Source of the DNA: a virus
Taxonomy: Duplodnaviria; Caudoviricetes
Strand: one strand, 5' to 3'
Length of the DNA stretch: 37,153 bases
IMG/VR virus record: IMGVR_UViG_3300048902_000094
Location: 1-37,153 of that record
The number at the start of each line of letters is the position of its first letter. Position 1 is the first letter of the stretch. Of the stretch, positions 8,867 to 17,026 are shown piece by piece. The position numbers were made by a program, and so were the translations under genes. Below the pieces are notes generated by a model. That model searched no databases. It was not told the origin of the DNA and saw only the letters and a list, made by a program, of their open reading frames with translations.

Positions 8867-8924
8867 GTTACGGGTTCCTGTTTTTCAAGATCACGATCTG
8901 TTCTGGTCGCGCGCGGGTGCGCGG

Positions 8925-8956
8925 AAGCCCTCGGCGCGTCGCCGCGCCGAGGGCTT
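8925..8956. terminator. Perfect 14-bp hairpin (terminator or processing site)
   Basis: AAGCCCTCGGCGCG-TCGC-CGCGCCGAGGGCTT, followed by TGATTT on the + strand. Confidence 0.65.
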
Positions 8957-8979
8957 TGATTTGGTGCTGTGCTGCGGCG

Positions 8980-9279
8980 CTACCATACGCCGAGACGTTC
9001 GAGGGCTTCACGGTCGCGTTGCGCCATGATCTGGTATTCGCGCGGCAACGATTCGAAGTGCGCCTTTACCTCTTCAAACAACGCGCGTTGCTCCGCGGTC
9101 ATGAATAGGATGGCGCCGATTGATACTTGGTAGGGATTGCACACCATCATGGCGCCCTGCCACGCGGCCGCGGCCGCGGTCTCCGACCGCGGGCATCGTG
9201 CGAGCAACTGCCCGCGGTTTTTTCCCTTGGTGGCATAGGCGCCGGCCAAGGCTGTCTTTGCATTTGCTGATAGGGTCAT
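8980..9279 (-). CDS. Hypothetical early-region protein
   Basis: 99-aa ORF with RBS AGGAA, co-oriented with its neighbours. Confidence 0.75.
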   Translation of the reverse strand: MTLSANAKTALAGAYATKGKNRGQLLARCPRSETAAAAAWQGAMMVCNPYQVSIGAILFMTAEQRALFEEVKAHFESLPREYQIMAQRDREALERLGVW

Positions 9280-9304
9280 GGTCTGGTCTTTCCTGTTAGG
9301 TGTT

Positions 9305-9592
9305 TTAGTAATCGAGGCCGGCGGCTTTTAATCGTGCGGCATAGCGGGATAGGGCATTGCCCAAACGGATCAGCGTTGCGGTGTTCCATTCGGCCGCTAT
9401 TTCATATTCATACTGTGATTTGTCAGAGCCGAATGGCGATTGTCTGAATTGCCATTGCGGTGGCACTAGGTCAGGCGCCTTGTCGGTCAATGCATCTGCC
9501 ACAGCGAACAACCACGCCATGGTAGAGCCCCACGCATCACCGGAATCGAAGTTTAGCCGTATCTCGGCGAAAGCTTGTTTCGTATCTGACAT
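9305..9592 (-). CDS. Hypothetical early-region protein
   Basis: Start reassigned to ATG 9592 (RBS AAGGA; MSDTKQAFAEIRL..GDAWGSTMAWLFAVAD). Confidence 0.75.
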   Translation of the reverse strand: MSDTKQAFAEIRLNFDSGDAWGSTMAWLFAVADALTDKAPDLVPPQWQFRQSPFGSDKSQYEYEIAAEWNTATLIRLGNALSRYAARLKAAGLDY

Positions 9593-9620
9593 GTTCGTTT
9601 CCTTTTCTGTTATCGGCATG

Positions 9621-9668
9621 ATTGCCGCTTATGCCCCGCGGTAAACCGCGGGGCATAGACTGCAATCA
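9621..9668 (-). repeat. Intergenic hairpin repeat, copy 1
   Basis: ATTGCCGCTTATGCC-ccgcggtaaaccgcgg-GGCATAGACTGCAATCA; the arms are identical to the copy at 10157-10202. Confidence 0.9.
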
Positions 9669-9682
9669 GAATCCAACCAGCG

Positions 9683-10117
9683 TCATGCTGCGATTTCCCA
9701 ACGGCGGCTGAAATCGCGCAACCACTTCCTTTGTTCGTCGGTCAGGCTTTCATCGAAAAAATGTTCGTCGGCAGAGCCAAGGCTGAGTCCCTGCGCCTTA
9801 TTCCATTCCGCATACTCATCGATGAGGCAATTGATTGCCTTGTCATCCGCATAACCAGCGGACATCGCGAAATCGAAAAGCTTGCGCTCAAGGGATTCCA
9901 GATCGTCAGAAATCCACTCGCGGCGATCAAGAATAAGGTGCCACTTACCCTTGGCGCGGGCTGCATCCGGCCAATGATCCTGCACTTCATCGATGTATAG
10001 AATGCCAAGGTACAGATTGCCTTTGGCATTCGGCTCACCTTCCCATTGGGCGTCAGACAGAACCTTGCCAAGGTCGGTGCAGTATCGGCGCGTTGCTTGG
10101 AATTGCTCGAAGTTCAT
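9683..10117 (-). CDS. Hypothetical early-region protein
   Basis: Start reassigned to ATG 10117 (RBS GGAG; MNFEQFQATRR). The upstream extension in the track overlaps the GP88-like gene. Confidence 0.75.
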   Translation of the reverse strand: MNFEQFQATRRYCTDLGKVLSDAQWEGEPNAKGNLYLGILYIDEVQDHWPDAARAKGKWHLILDRREWISDDLESLERKLFDFAMSAGYADDKAINCLIDEYAEWNKAQGLSLGSADEHFFDESLTDEQRKWLRDFSRRWEIAA

Positions 10118-10156
10118 TTTGGTCTCTCCATCAGCGGGCAGGATTGCCCCTACACT

Positions 10157-10202
10157 ATTGCCGCTTATGCCGCGGGCAATGCCGCGGCATAGACTGCAAT
10201 CA
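10157..10202 (-). repeat. Intergenic hairpin repeat, copy 2
   Basis: ATTGCCGCTTATGCC-gcgggcaatgccgc-GGCATAGACTGCAATCA; its TGA is the stop codon of the GP88-like gene. Confidence 0.9.
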
Positions 10203-11006
10203 CCCGACAACGAATCCGCTTTGGTCTTGTTTGCCTTTGCCTTTCGCGTAAAGCGCAACGGCACTGGCCACGGGGTCAATGTGACGGACGTCCGTGTCAT
10301 CCCCGTCGACGATCGGCAATCCCATGAATGAATCGCCGCGTGCAAGCATGCCTTCAACGGCCGATCGTGTACGGAACACAACAGCCAAGCGCATGTTAGC
10401 GGCGATTGCCAATTGCACTTGTTTCTGGAATTCAGGCACGCCCGAATAAGAGAACGTCAAATCATAGTTTGATGGTACGTTTTTGCGATTGGATAGTTTC
10501 GTGTAGTCATAAAATTGCACCGCGGGATAGGCTTGGATAATTCCATAATTCTCCCAGCGTAAATCGGACGTTCCGTTCAAGCGCACCAACAAAACATAAC
10601 CGTTTTTTGCCGCGTGCTTTTCAAAGCATCGCACTTCGTCTTTGATCATGGCGATAGCTTCGGAACGGAATTGAAGGAAAAACAATGTTTTGCGAAGGCG
10701 CGCAAATTGCACTGTGGCCATGGCGCCGCGGCCGCTTGTGTTCAGGCAGGGTTCCCAACATTTGGCCAGATCAGCGTTAGCGCACACATTGACGCCCGAC
10801 ATAGTGAAAGGCGCCAAATAGAGAATCGCGGTCCTGAAACCTAACTTATTCCCTTTGATCACTTTCGTTGAGCCGTCGAGGCGCAACATGGCGGAAGGCT
10901 TTTTGCTGAACCAACGCAAAAGCTTTTTTGAGCTTAGGATTTGTTCGCGCGTATCGGGAGCAAGCTTGCTTAGATCGTATATGATCGTCTCGGCTGAATA
11001 CTTCAT
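10200..11006 (-). CDS. GP88-like phage protein (three-Cys cluster)
   Basis: Motifs ILYLAP, NVCxxxxxxxCxxxCLNTSGRG, VRLNGTSD, QFYDYTK, NYDLTFS and DGDDTDVR are characteristic of the GP88-like family as I recall it. Confidence 0.75.
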   Translation of the reverse strand: MKYSAETIIYDLSKLAPDTREQILSSKKLLRWFSKKPSAMLRLDGSTKVIKGNKLGFRTAILYLAPFTMSGVNVCANADLAKCWEPCLNTSGRGAMATVQFARLRKTLFFLQFRSEAIAMIKDEVRCFEKHAAKNGYVLLVRLNGTSDLRWENYGIIQAYPAVQFYDYTKLSNRKNVPSNYDLTFSYSGVPEFQKQVQLAIAANMRLAVVFRTRSAVEGMLARGDSFMGLPIVDGDDTDVRHIDPVASAVALYAKGKGKQDQSGFVVG

Positions 11007-11069
11007 GGGTCGGTGTCCTGTTGTGTTCGTTTCAGTGATTGCATATTGTCCCGATAGGGACAGGAGTCA

Positions 11070-11396
11070 ATGGTCTTGTCAGATAATTTGAAAAATAATT
11101 CAAAGCCCCAATGGGGCAATGCCGCGTGGCGTGCGGCCATGGCAAAGCATGCGATAAAACCGGGATATGCGAATAGGCGCCGTTGCATTGCCATTGCGCG
11201 CCACAGCGGAAAGCATTGTGGGCAGCTAGCGATGACGGGCGTTAGTGTTTGCAGATGGCATGGCGGTTATATGTTGCAAGCCACAAAGCGTATCAGGGAG
11301 GCAAAGCGCAATGCAGAGCAAGCCCCGCTTAATCGAAGCGGCCGACAAGCCAGGCGCCGATTTAAACGCGCCAGTGACGATCCAAGCCACTCTTAA
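11070..11396 (+). CDS. HGG(xSTG)-type zinc-finger protein, possibly the N-terminal part of terminase small subunit
   Basis: RCIAIARHSGKHCGQLAMTGVSVCRWHGG; RBS GGAG. Confidence 0.7.
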   Translation: MVLSDNLKNNSKPQWGNAAWRAAMAKHAIKPGYANRRRCIAIARHSGKHCGQLAMTGVSVCRWHGGYMLQATKRIREAKRNAEQAPLNRSGRQARRRFKRASDDPSHS

Positions 11397-11580
11397 GGAT
11401 ATCGTTAGAGAGGCGCTGCTAGGGCTGCTAAGCGACCCAGAGGCTAGCGCGGCCGCGAAAGCCAGCGCCGGCCGCACGCTACTCGAGTATTTTAGTGAAG
11501 AGAATCAAGGGGTTAATAAGCGCGGCGCGGAAATGACCGCGGCCGAATTGAACGACGCTATCGAACGGTTCAAGCGTTAG
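11311..11580 (+). CDS. Putative terminase small subunit (helical oligomerisation part)
   Basis: ATG 11311 with RBS GGAGG. REALLGLLSDPEASAAAKASAGRTLLEY and EMTAAEL resemble TerS helical hairpin and C-terminal motifs. A repeat-rich non-coding region follows. Confidence 0.5.
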   Translation: MQSKPRLIEAADKPGADLNAPVTIQATLKDIVREALLGLLSDPEASAAAKASAGRTLLEYFSEENQGVNKRGAEMTAAELNDAIERFKR

Positions 11581-11616
11581 CCGCGTGCGATTCGGCGTGC
11601 GAGTCGGCGAATTATC

Positions 11617-11707
11617 CAATGATATCAAGGGAAACCTCCTCATTAAAAAAGAGGAGGCGCGGCCGCGTTGATATCATTGAGTAATAAATAGCTCAACGAT
11701 GTCAAGG
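11617..11707. promoter_or_regulatory. Nested inverted repeats / protein-binding sites
   Basis: Perfect IR CAATGATATCAA (11617-11628) / TTGATATCATTG (11668-11679) enclosing CCTCCTC / GAGGAGG (11635-11657). A third degenerate copy CAACGATGTCAA lies at 11694. Confidence 0.6.
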
Positions 11708-11770
11708 ACTTAGCATATCGCCCCCTGGCGGGGTCGGGTTGAGGGGCGGTCCGCGCCCGCAATGCAGCGT

Positions 11771-11889
11771 GGCAAAATTTTTACAGTTTGAAGCTACCCG
11801 CGGCAGCGTTGGCAGAATTTTTACAGTTTGAAGCTACCCGCGGCAGCTATCGTTAGTAAAATTTTTACGGTTTGAAGCTATCCGCGGCA
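11771..11889. repeat. Three tandem ~40-bp direct repeats (candidate pac/terminus or promoter array)
   Basis: Core AATTTTTAC(A/G)GTTTGAAGCTA(C/T)CCGCGGCA; units start at 11771, 11811 and 11855. Confidence 0.92.
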
Positions 11890-11932
11890 TGGTAATCCGC
11901 GTTTAAAATTCTTCTCTCCGTTTACCATACCC

Positions 11933-12514
11933 CTACGGGGTATTTTTCGGCTCGTTTTTGTCCGCTTCTAATACCCCGTCTAAAGCGCGGATGAATTCTT
12001 CCACCCATCGATCTTCCACCCACACGCCAGTGATGCCCGACGCCACGCCGGCGGCGCGCAGCATTTCCTGTTTGCGCGACTCTGCGATCGGCAGCGGCTC
12101 CGCTGGCGGCTCTTTAAACACAACAGGAGTGTTCTCGACGATCTGGTGTTTGAACACATGTTGTGGTGACGCCATTGGGTCAACGACTGCGCCGCTGGCG
12201 CGATCGATGACGGCGTAGTTCTTCCACCAGCTCACCGGCTCGCGGTCGATCTTTGCATCGGATGGTATCTGCATCATGTGAACCCGCGACATGTCGCAGG
12301 CCTGTTCGTCGGAATTGATTTCGATCCGCCGCGCGCCGCGGCGCAGCAGCCGCCGGCCGCCTTCCGATATCGCCAGGTTGCCCCAGTCGTCGTAGGCCAA
12401 GCCGGCGTCCAGCAATTCGCGAGCGGTTGAGTGCATGGTGTTGAAGCGCGCGCCGTCTTCCAGGCTGCGCAGCGCGTGCATTGCGTCGGCCGATAGCATG
12501 TTGGTTCCTTTCAT
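11933..12514 (-). CDS. Hypothetical protein (possible N-terminal winged-helix-like segment)
   Basis: 193-aa ORF filling the gap. An alternative start at 12499 follows AAAGGAA. ARELLDAGLA..LAISEGGRRLL is wHTH-like. Confidence 0.65.
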   Translation of the reverse strand: MKGTNMLSADAMHALRSLEDGARFNTMHSTARELLDAGLAYDDWGNLAISEGGRRLLRRGARRIEINSDEQACDMSRVHMMQIPSDAKIDREPVSWWKNYAVIDRASGAVVDPMASPQHVFKHQIVENTPVVFKEPPAEPLPIAESRKQEMLRAAGVASGITGVWVEDRWVEEFIRALDGVLEADKNEPKNTP

Positions 12515-12554
12515 GCGATAAAGCCCAAGGCCAATAGCTTAGAGGCAACGTATC

Positions 12555-13961
12555 ATGCCCGCCATTGTTCGCCCAAAACAGTCGATCTTGTTTTCCGATC
12601 GGCCGCGCGGCCTGGTTCAGGCTGATTTGCTCGACGCCCAAATTCACAATCTGGTGCAGGCCATCCACTCGACGCAGGTTGCGTTGGAAGAGATCCGCCG
12701 CGACGACGGAAAACTGAAAAATAACATCGTCGGTCGCGACCAGCTTGAACAGGATATCAAGCACAGCCGCTCGGAGATGGACAGCGTCGAGCAGCGCGTC
12801 CTCGCTGCCGCGCAGAATGCCGTCGAAGCGGTCGGTCGCGTGGTCAGCGCCGGTCGTGATGTTGATTTTCGCGCCAATGACGCCGAAGCGGCCGCCGTCA
12901 GCGCCGCAAAATCACTTTCTGCGGTGACGCTCGACAGTGCTACGGCGTTTGACGCGGCGTCCGACGCTGATAATTCGGCCGATCGAGCGGAATCCGCGGC
13001 GATCCAGTCGGAAAATTGGTCGAATCACAGTCTGGCCAATTCTGATAACGCCATCGCCGCCAAAAACGAGGCCACGCAGTGGGCTGAGTACCTCGCCGGC
13101 CCCGTGGTCGACCCCAACGCGGCGCCGGCGTACATCCAAAACCACCCTTATGGCCACGGTTTGTATTATCAGCCGGTGCAGGGCGGCGTGGCGGGTCTGT
13201 GGTCGGCAAAATGGTGGGCGCTGTACGCGCAAAACCTGGTTGGCAACGTTGGATTTTATTATTTAGGGCCGTCCGACAGCCCGCCGATCCCGGGCGGCCA
13301 GAATCCGGTCACCGGCCAGGCTTATCCCAATCCGATCGCGCCCGGATCGTTCTATTACGACACCTCCAGCCATCCGCCGCAGGTGATGTTCTGGAACGGC
13401 GCGCAATGGATGCCGCCAAATCCGAATGTCACGGCCGGATACCTCGCCAGATTTTATTACACCGCTGCGGCCGGCCAAACCGTGTTTTCCGGCAACGACA
13501 ACAACGGCGTCCAGCCGTCTTTCACCACCGAAGGCCATAACGTCCACGTCAACGGCGTCAGATTGGTCCCCGATGTCGATTTCACCATCGACAATCCGAA
13601 CCAATCCATGAGTTTGATCGAAAGCGTGCCCGCCGGCAGCAGCATCCAGTGGGATCTGTTGATTCCCGGCGACAAGGTGAATTCTGCGGCGTTGGACGCG
13701 TTCAAGATCGAGACTCTGACGCCGAACGGCTCGCAGGTTTCTTTCAATCTGAGTTACATCGACCCGGCCAGCAGCACTTCGACACCGACCGAGATCGGCA
13801 CCGGCTCGCAACTGCAGGTCTCATTGGATGGCGTCATCCAAGAGCCCGCCGTCGATTACACCGCGATCGGCAGCGTGTTGACGATGGCCACACCGCCGCC
13901 GGTCGACAGCAAGCTTTGGGCCGTCTGGTACCGGCCGCATGTGCAACAGGATCTGCCATGA
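12555..13961 (+). CDS. Virion structural / tail-fibre attachment protein
   Basis: Ala-rich coiled segment, SAKWWA motifs and repeated beta modules (YTAAAGQTVFSG..VHVNGVRL..DF; VSLDGVIQEP..DY) typical of podovirus tail appendages. RBS GAGG. Confidence 0.7.
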   Translation: MPAIVRPKQSILFSDRPRGLVQADLLDAQIHNLVQAIHSTQVALEEIRRDDGKLKNNIVGRDQLEQDIKHSRSEMDSVEQRVLAAAQNAVEAVGRVVSAGRDVDFRANDAEAAAVSAAKSLSAVTLDSATAFDAASDADNSADRAESAAIQSENWSNHSLANSDNAIAAKNEATQWAEYLAGPVVDPNAAPAYIQNHPYGHGLYYQPVQGGVAGLWSAKWWALYAQNLVGNVGFYYLGPSDSPPIPGGQNPVTGQAYPNPIAPGSFYYDTSSHPPQVMFWNGAQWMPPNPNVTAGYLARFYYTAAAGQTVFSGNDNNGVQPSFTTEGHNVHVNGVRLVPDVDFTIDNPNQSMSLIESVPAGSSIQWDLLIPGDKVNSAALDAFKIETLTPNGSQVSFNLSYIDPASSTSTPTEIGTGSQLQVSLDGVIQEPAVDYTAIGSVLTMATPPPVDSKLWAVWYRPHVQQDLP

Positions 13962-15592
13962 GCCAGAACCTTCGCGTCGCCACCTGGATCCCTGTTATTG
14001 ATCCCGACATTGACGGCGAGGTGATCACTGCCACCGGGCCGGCTTCGGTCAACGAAGTGGTGCCGACCGCGTTCTCGATCGGCGGCGGGCCGAAGGGCGA
14101 CAAGGGCGACAAGGGTGACAAGGGCGACCCCGGCGTCAACGGCACCAACGGTGTCGACGGCGCGGTCGGCCCGGTCGGCCCGCAAGGACCGCAGGGCATC
14201 CAGGGCGTCAAAGGCGACAAGGGCGACAAGGGCGACCCCGGTGCGGCCGGCTCCGGCACCGGCGACATGCTGGCCGCCAATAACCTGCTCGACGTTGTCA
14301 ACAAGCCGCAGTCGCTGATCAATATTGGCGGTGTGCCCGAGGCGCCGTTTGATGGCGTCACTTATGCTCGCAAGGACAAGACCTGGATCCCCGGCGGCAC
14401 CGGTCCGGCCGGACCGACCGGACCGGCCGGCGCGCCGGGCGCGGCCGGACCGCAAGGGCCGAAGGGTGATCCTGGCGCGGCCGGTACCGCCGGCGCCCCC
14501 GGCGCACCCGGCGCCACCGGCCCTGCCGGTCCGGCGCAGTCGGTCACGGTCGCCGATACGCCGCCGGCGTCGCCGACGCCCGGCCAAATGTGGTGGGAGA
14601 GCGATTCCGGTCTGCTCTACATTTGGTTCAACGACGGCACCTCGTCGCAGTGGGTGATCGCGACACCGATGCCGGATTATTCGACGCTGGCGATCGATGC
14701 CAACGTCGTACACAAGACCGGCGATACTCTGACCGGGCCACTGATTGCTGCGGCTGATCCGACCGTGGCGCTCGGTGTCGCGACCAAGCAGTACGTCGAT
14801 AGCAAAGTCAGCGGCGGTACTTTCCGCCCGCAGCTTACGGCGGCTCGCTCTTGGTATATTCGCACTGACGGCAACGACACTAACGACGGCAGTGCTAACG
14901 ACGCGGCACATGCGTTCGCAACCATTCAGAAAGCGTGGGACACTCTCTGCAAGTACGATTGCAACGGCTTTGCCGTCAACCTTGTGTGCGGCGCGGGGAT
15001 GACGTTCACGGCTGGTCTGGTGACCAGCAGTACGGTCGCGCCCGTCAACGCTTTCAATGTCACGCTCGACGGTGGTGGCTCGACAATACAAACGAGCTTT
15101 GGTGCTTGTGTCCTGCACACTGCGGCCAATGTCGGGCTATACATATACAACGCTATTCTAAGGCCGGGGCTTGGTGGCGACTGTGTTTCGGTCAGCGGAC
15201 GCGGCGTCAGATGTACGATTGCAGGCAACATAACATTTGGCCCAGCCAACGCTCCCCAAGCCCACGTGAAGGTTTTAAACGGAGCCTACTGCAATCTGTC
15301 CAACGCCTACACAGTGACCGGCTCGGCTGGTTATCACTTCAATGTTAGTAAGCAGTCGATGCTTGAAGTGAACGGTGTCACTGTCACTCTGACGGCTGGC
15401 CTTGCTTTCACTGCTTTTGCTCTGTGCGACCAACTCGGTTTCATTAGCGCGACGACCATGACCTACACCAACGGGGCTTCGATTACGGGGAAGCAGTATC
15501 AGATCACCGCCAACAGTGTCATCGCTACCGGCGGCAGCGTTTTTCCTGGCGGCACTGCGGGTACGGTAGCAACCGGCGGCCAGTACATCTGA
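13958..15592 (+). CDS. Collagen-like tail fibre protein
   Basis: Start reassigned to ATG 13958 (ATGA overlap). Two Gly-X-Y tracts, EAPxDGxxYARK, PGQMWWESDSG, ATKQYVD, then YIRTDGNDTNDG..AFATIQKA leading into a beta-helix-like C-terminus. Confidence 0.88.
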   Translation: MSQNLRVATWIPVIDPDIDGEVITATGPASVNEVVPTAFSIGGGPKGDKGDKGDKGDPGVNGTNGVDGAVGPVGPQGPQGIQGVKGDKGDKGDPGAAGSGTGDMLAANNLLDVVNKPQSLINIGGVPEAPFDGVTYARKDKTWIPGGTGPAGPTGPAGAPGAAGPQGPKGDPGAAGTAGAPGAPGATGPAGPAQSVTVADTPPASPTPGQMWWESDSGLLYIWFNDGTSSQWVIATPMPDYSTLAIDANVVHKTGDTLTGPLIAAADPTVALGVATKQYVDSKVSGGTFRPQLTAARSWYIRTDGNDTNDGSANDAAHAFATIQKAWDTLCKYDCNGFAVNLVCGAGMTFTAGLVTSSTVAPVNAFNVTLDGGGSTIQTSFGACVLHTAANVGLYIYNAILRPGLGGDCVSVSGRGVRCTIAGNITFGPANAPQAHVKVLNGAYCNLSNAYTVTGSAGYHFNVSKQSMLEVNGVTVTLTAGLAFTAFALCDQLGFISATTMTYTNGASITGKQYQITANSVIATGGSVFPGGTAGTVATGGQYI

Positions 15593-15601
15593 GGATGATC
15601 A

Positions 15602-17026
15602 ATGCTTGATTTTCCATCATCGCCCACTGTCGGTCTGAAATATCCGGCCACGCCGATCACTGGCATCCCGACCTACACGTGGGACGGCGAGAAATGGACG
15701 ACGCAAGGGCCGTCGATAGGCGGTCAGTTCGTGCTGAAGGCTGGCGACACGATGACGGGCGATCTGACGATCAGCAAGGCAACGCCAGTTATCAATATCA
15801 ATAAGCCGTCTGCTGGAAGCAGTGCGAATATAATTGCCGCGTCGAACGGCTTGTCTCGGTGGGCGGTGAATTTAGGAAACAACACCGCGGAAAGCGGTGC
15901 CAATGCAGGCTCTGATTTTGGTTTGGCCAGGTTCGATGACGCTGGCGCAGTTCTTGGCTTCCCACTTAATATTACTCGATCTACCGGACTTGCAATAGTT
16001 GAGGCCGACCCCACCGCCGCGCTCGGTGTCGCCACCAAGCAGTATGTCGATAGCAGTGCTGGCTTGGCTGCGGCGGGGATGCAGATCAATGGTGGTATGG
16101 AGTTTGATCAAGCTAACGCTGGCGCTTCAGTTGTAATCGGGGCTGGAGCGAGTGGTGGAAAATCAATTGATAGTTGGGGATTTAACGCGGGTGGAACGAG
16201 TGCGGCTTTCACCTTGCAACAAGTGCAGTCAGTTTTTCCTGGGTTCAACAAGGAATTAAAGCTGACTGTTACGACAGCGCAGCCAACAATTGGCGCGTCC
16301 ATCATGGATATTGAGGCTTATATAGAGGGCTATCGAATAGCTCGATTGGCCCCCGGCACGGCTTCAGCAAAATTAGTTACGATTGGGTTTTGGGTGAAGT
16401 CATCTGTAGCCGGTACTTTTCCCGTATACCTGTGCAATAACAACATAAGCTCTCTCGCTCAGGGAAACATAACAATCACCGCAGCAAATGTTGCTCAATA
16501 TGTAAACGCTACAATACAGGTGCCGACAACCGGCACTTGGCTGACCGACAACAGTCTTGGAATGGTTTTAAAATTTCGGGTGATGCAAGGAGGGTTCAAC
16601 ATCGCCGCCACTGTCGGCAACACCTTTGAAATCACCGGCCTTGTCGTTCTCCCCGGCGCTCTGACAATCACCGCCGCGCAGTCGCCGCTGCTGATGCGTC
16701 CGTATGATCAGGAACTGCAATTGTGTAAGAGATACTTCTATAACGGAATTCCACCATTGCGTGGCGTTGTATCTGGATCGACCACCGGAAGCAGATTGGG
16801 GGCACGTCATCCCGTAACCATGCGCGCAACGCCGACGCTGATCCTGACCGCACCGCTTTTTGTTTTTGACGGGACAAGCCCGACAAACCTTACGGCTATC
16901 GTTACCAATTTCAGCACGCCAGACGTTATAGAATGCGAAGCAACAATAGGTGCCGGGCTGACCGTTGGTCGAGTACTGGTAGTCTACCAGCAGAGTGGAA
17001 ACCTCAATGTAGATGCGAGGCTTTGA
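15602..17026 (+). CDS. Tail fibre protein with carbohydrate-binding-like C-terminal module
   Basis: MLDFPSSPTVG..YTWDGEKW, VLKAGDTMTGDL, ATKQYVD, INGGMEFDQ..RPYDQELQLCKRYF..HPVTMRATPT. Confidence 0.85.
   Translation: MLDFPSSPTVGLKYPATPITGIPTYTWDGEKWTTQGPSIGGQFVLKAGDTMTGDLTISKATPVININKPSAGSSANIIAASNGLSRWAVNLGNNTAESGANAGSDFGLARFDDAGAVLGFPLNITRSTGLAIVEADPTAALGVATKQYVDSSAGLAAAGMQINGGMEFDQANAGASVVIGAGASGGKSIDSWGFNAGGTSAAFTLQQVQSVFPGFNKELKLTVTTAQPTIGASIMDIEAYIEGYRIARLAPGTASAKLVTIGFWVKSSVAGTFPVYLCNNNISSLAQGNITITAANVAQYVNATIQVPTTGTWLTDNSLGMVLKFRVMQGGFNIAATVGNTFEITGLVVLPGALTITAAQSPLLMRPYDQELQLCKRYFYNGIPPLRGVVSGSTTGSRLGARHPVTMRATPTLILTAPLFVFDGTSPTNLTAIVTNFSTPDVIECEATIGAGLTVGRVLVVYQQSGNLNVDARL

Noticed and set aside
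3696-8975. GCAGCAC(AGC) motif at ~3698, ~4983-5005 and ~8966 as a shared operator
   Set aside because: Short, GC-rich and inconsistently oriented, so it cannot be distinguished from chance without statistics.
10115-10150. Hammerhead ribozyme suggested by CTGATG on the minus strand
   Set aside because: The sequence is CUGAUGG rather than CUGAUGA, and there is no properly placed GAAA core with stems.
9621-10202. Integron attC sites
   Set aside because: No RYYYAAC/GTTRRRY core sites and no integron integrase; kept only as a generic hairpin repeat.
11771-11889. Possible CRISPR array
   Set aside because: The repeats are essentially head-to-tail with only a few variable bases and no unique ~30-nt spacers. 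The Cas4-like gene is a standard phage DUF2800 replication nuclease and no other cas genes are present.
14085-14535. GGCGACAAG and GGCGCNCCC tandem repeats as DNA-level elements; also the CCG/CCA run at 31530-31650
   Set aside because: Fully explained by collagen Gly-X-Y and polyproline coding.
14768-17026. Diversity-generating retroelement acting on the fibres
   Set aside because: No reverse transcriptase is present, and the repeat pair differs at synonymous non-adenine positions rather than showing TR/VR adenine-specific variation.
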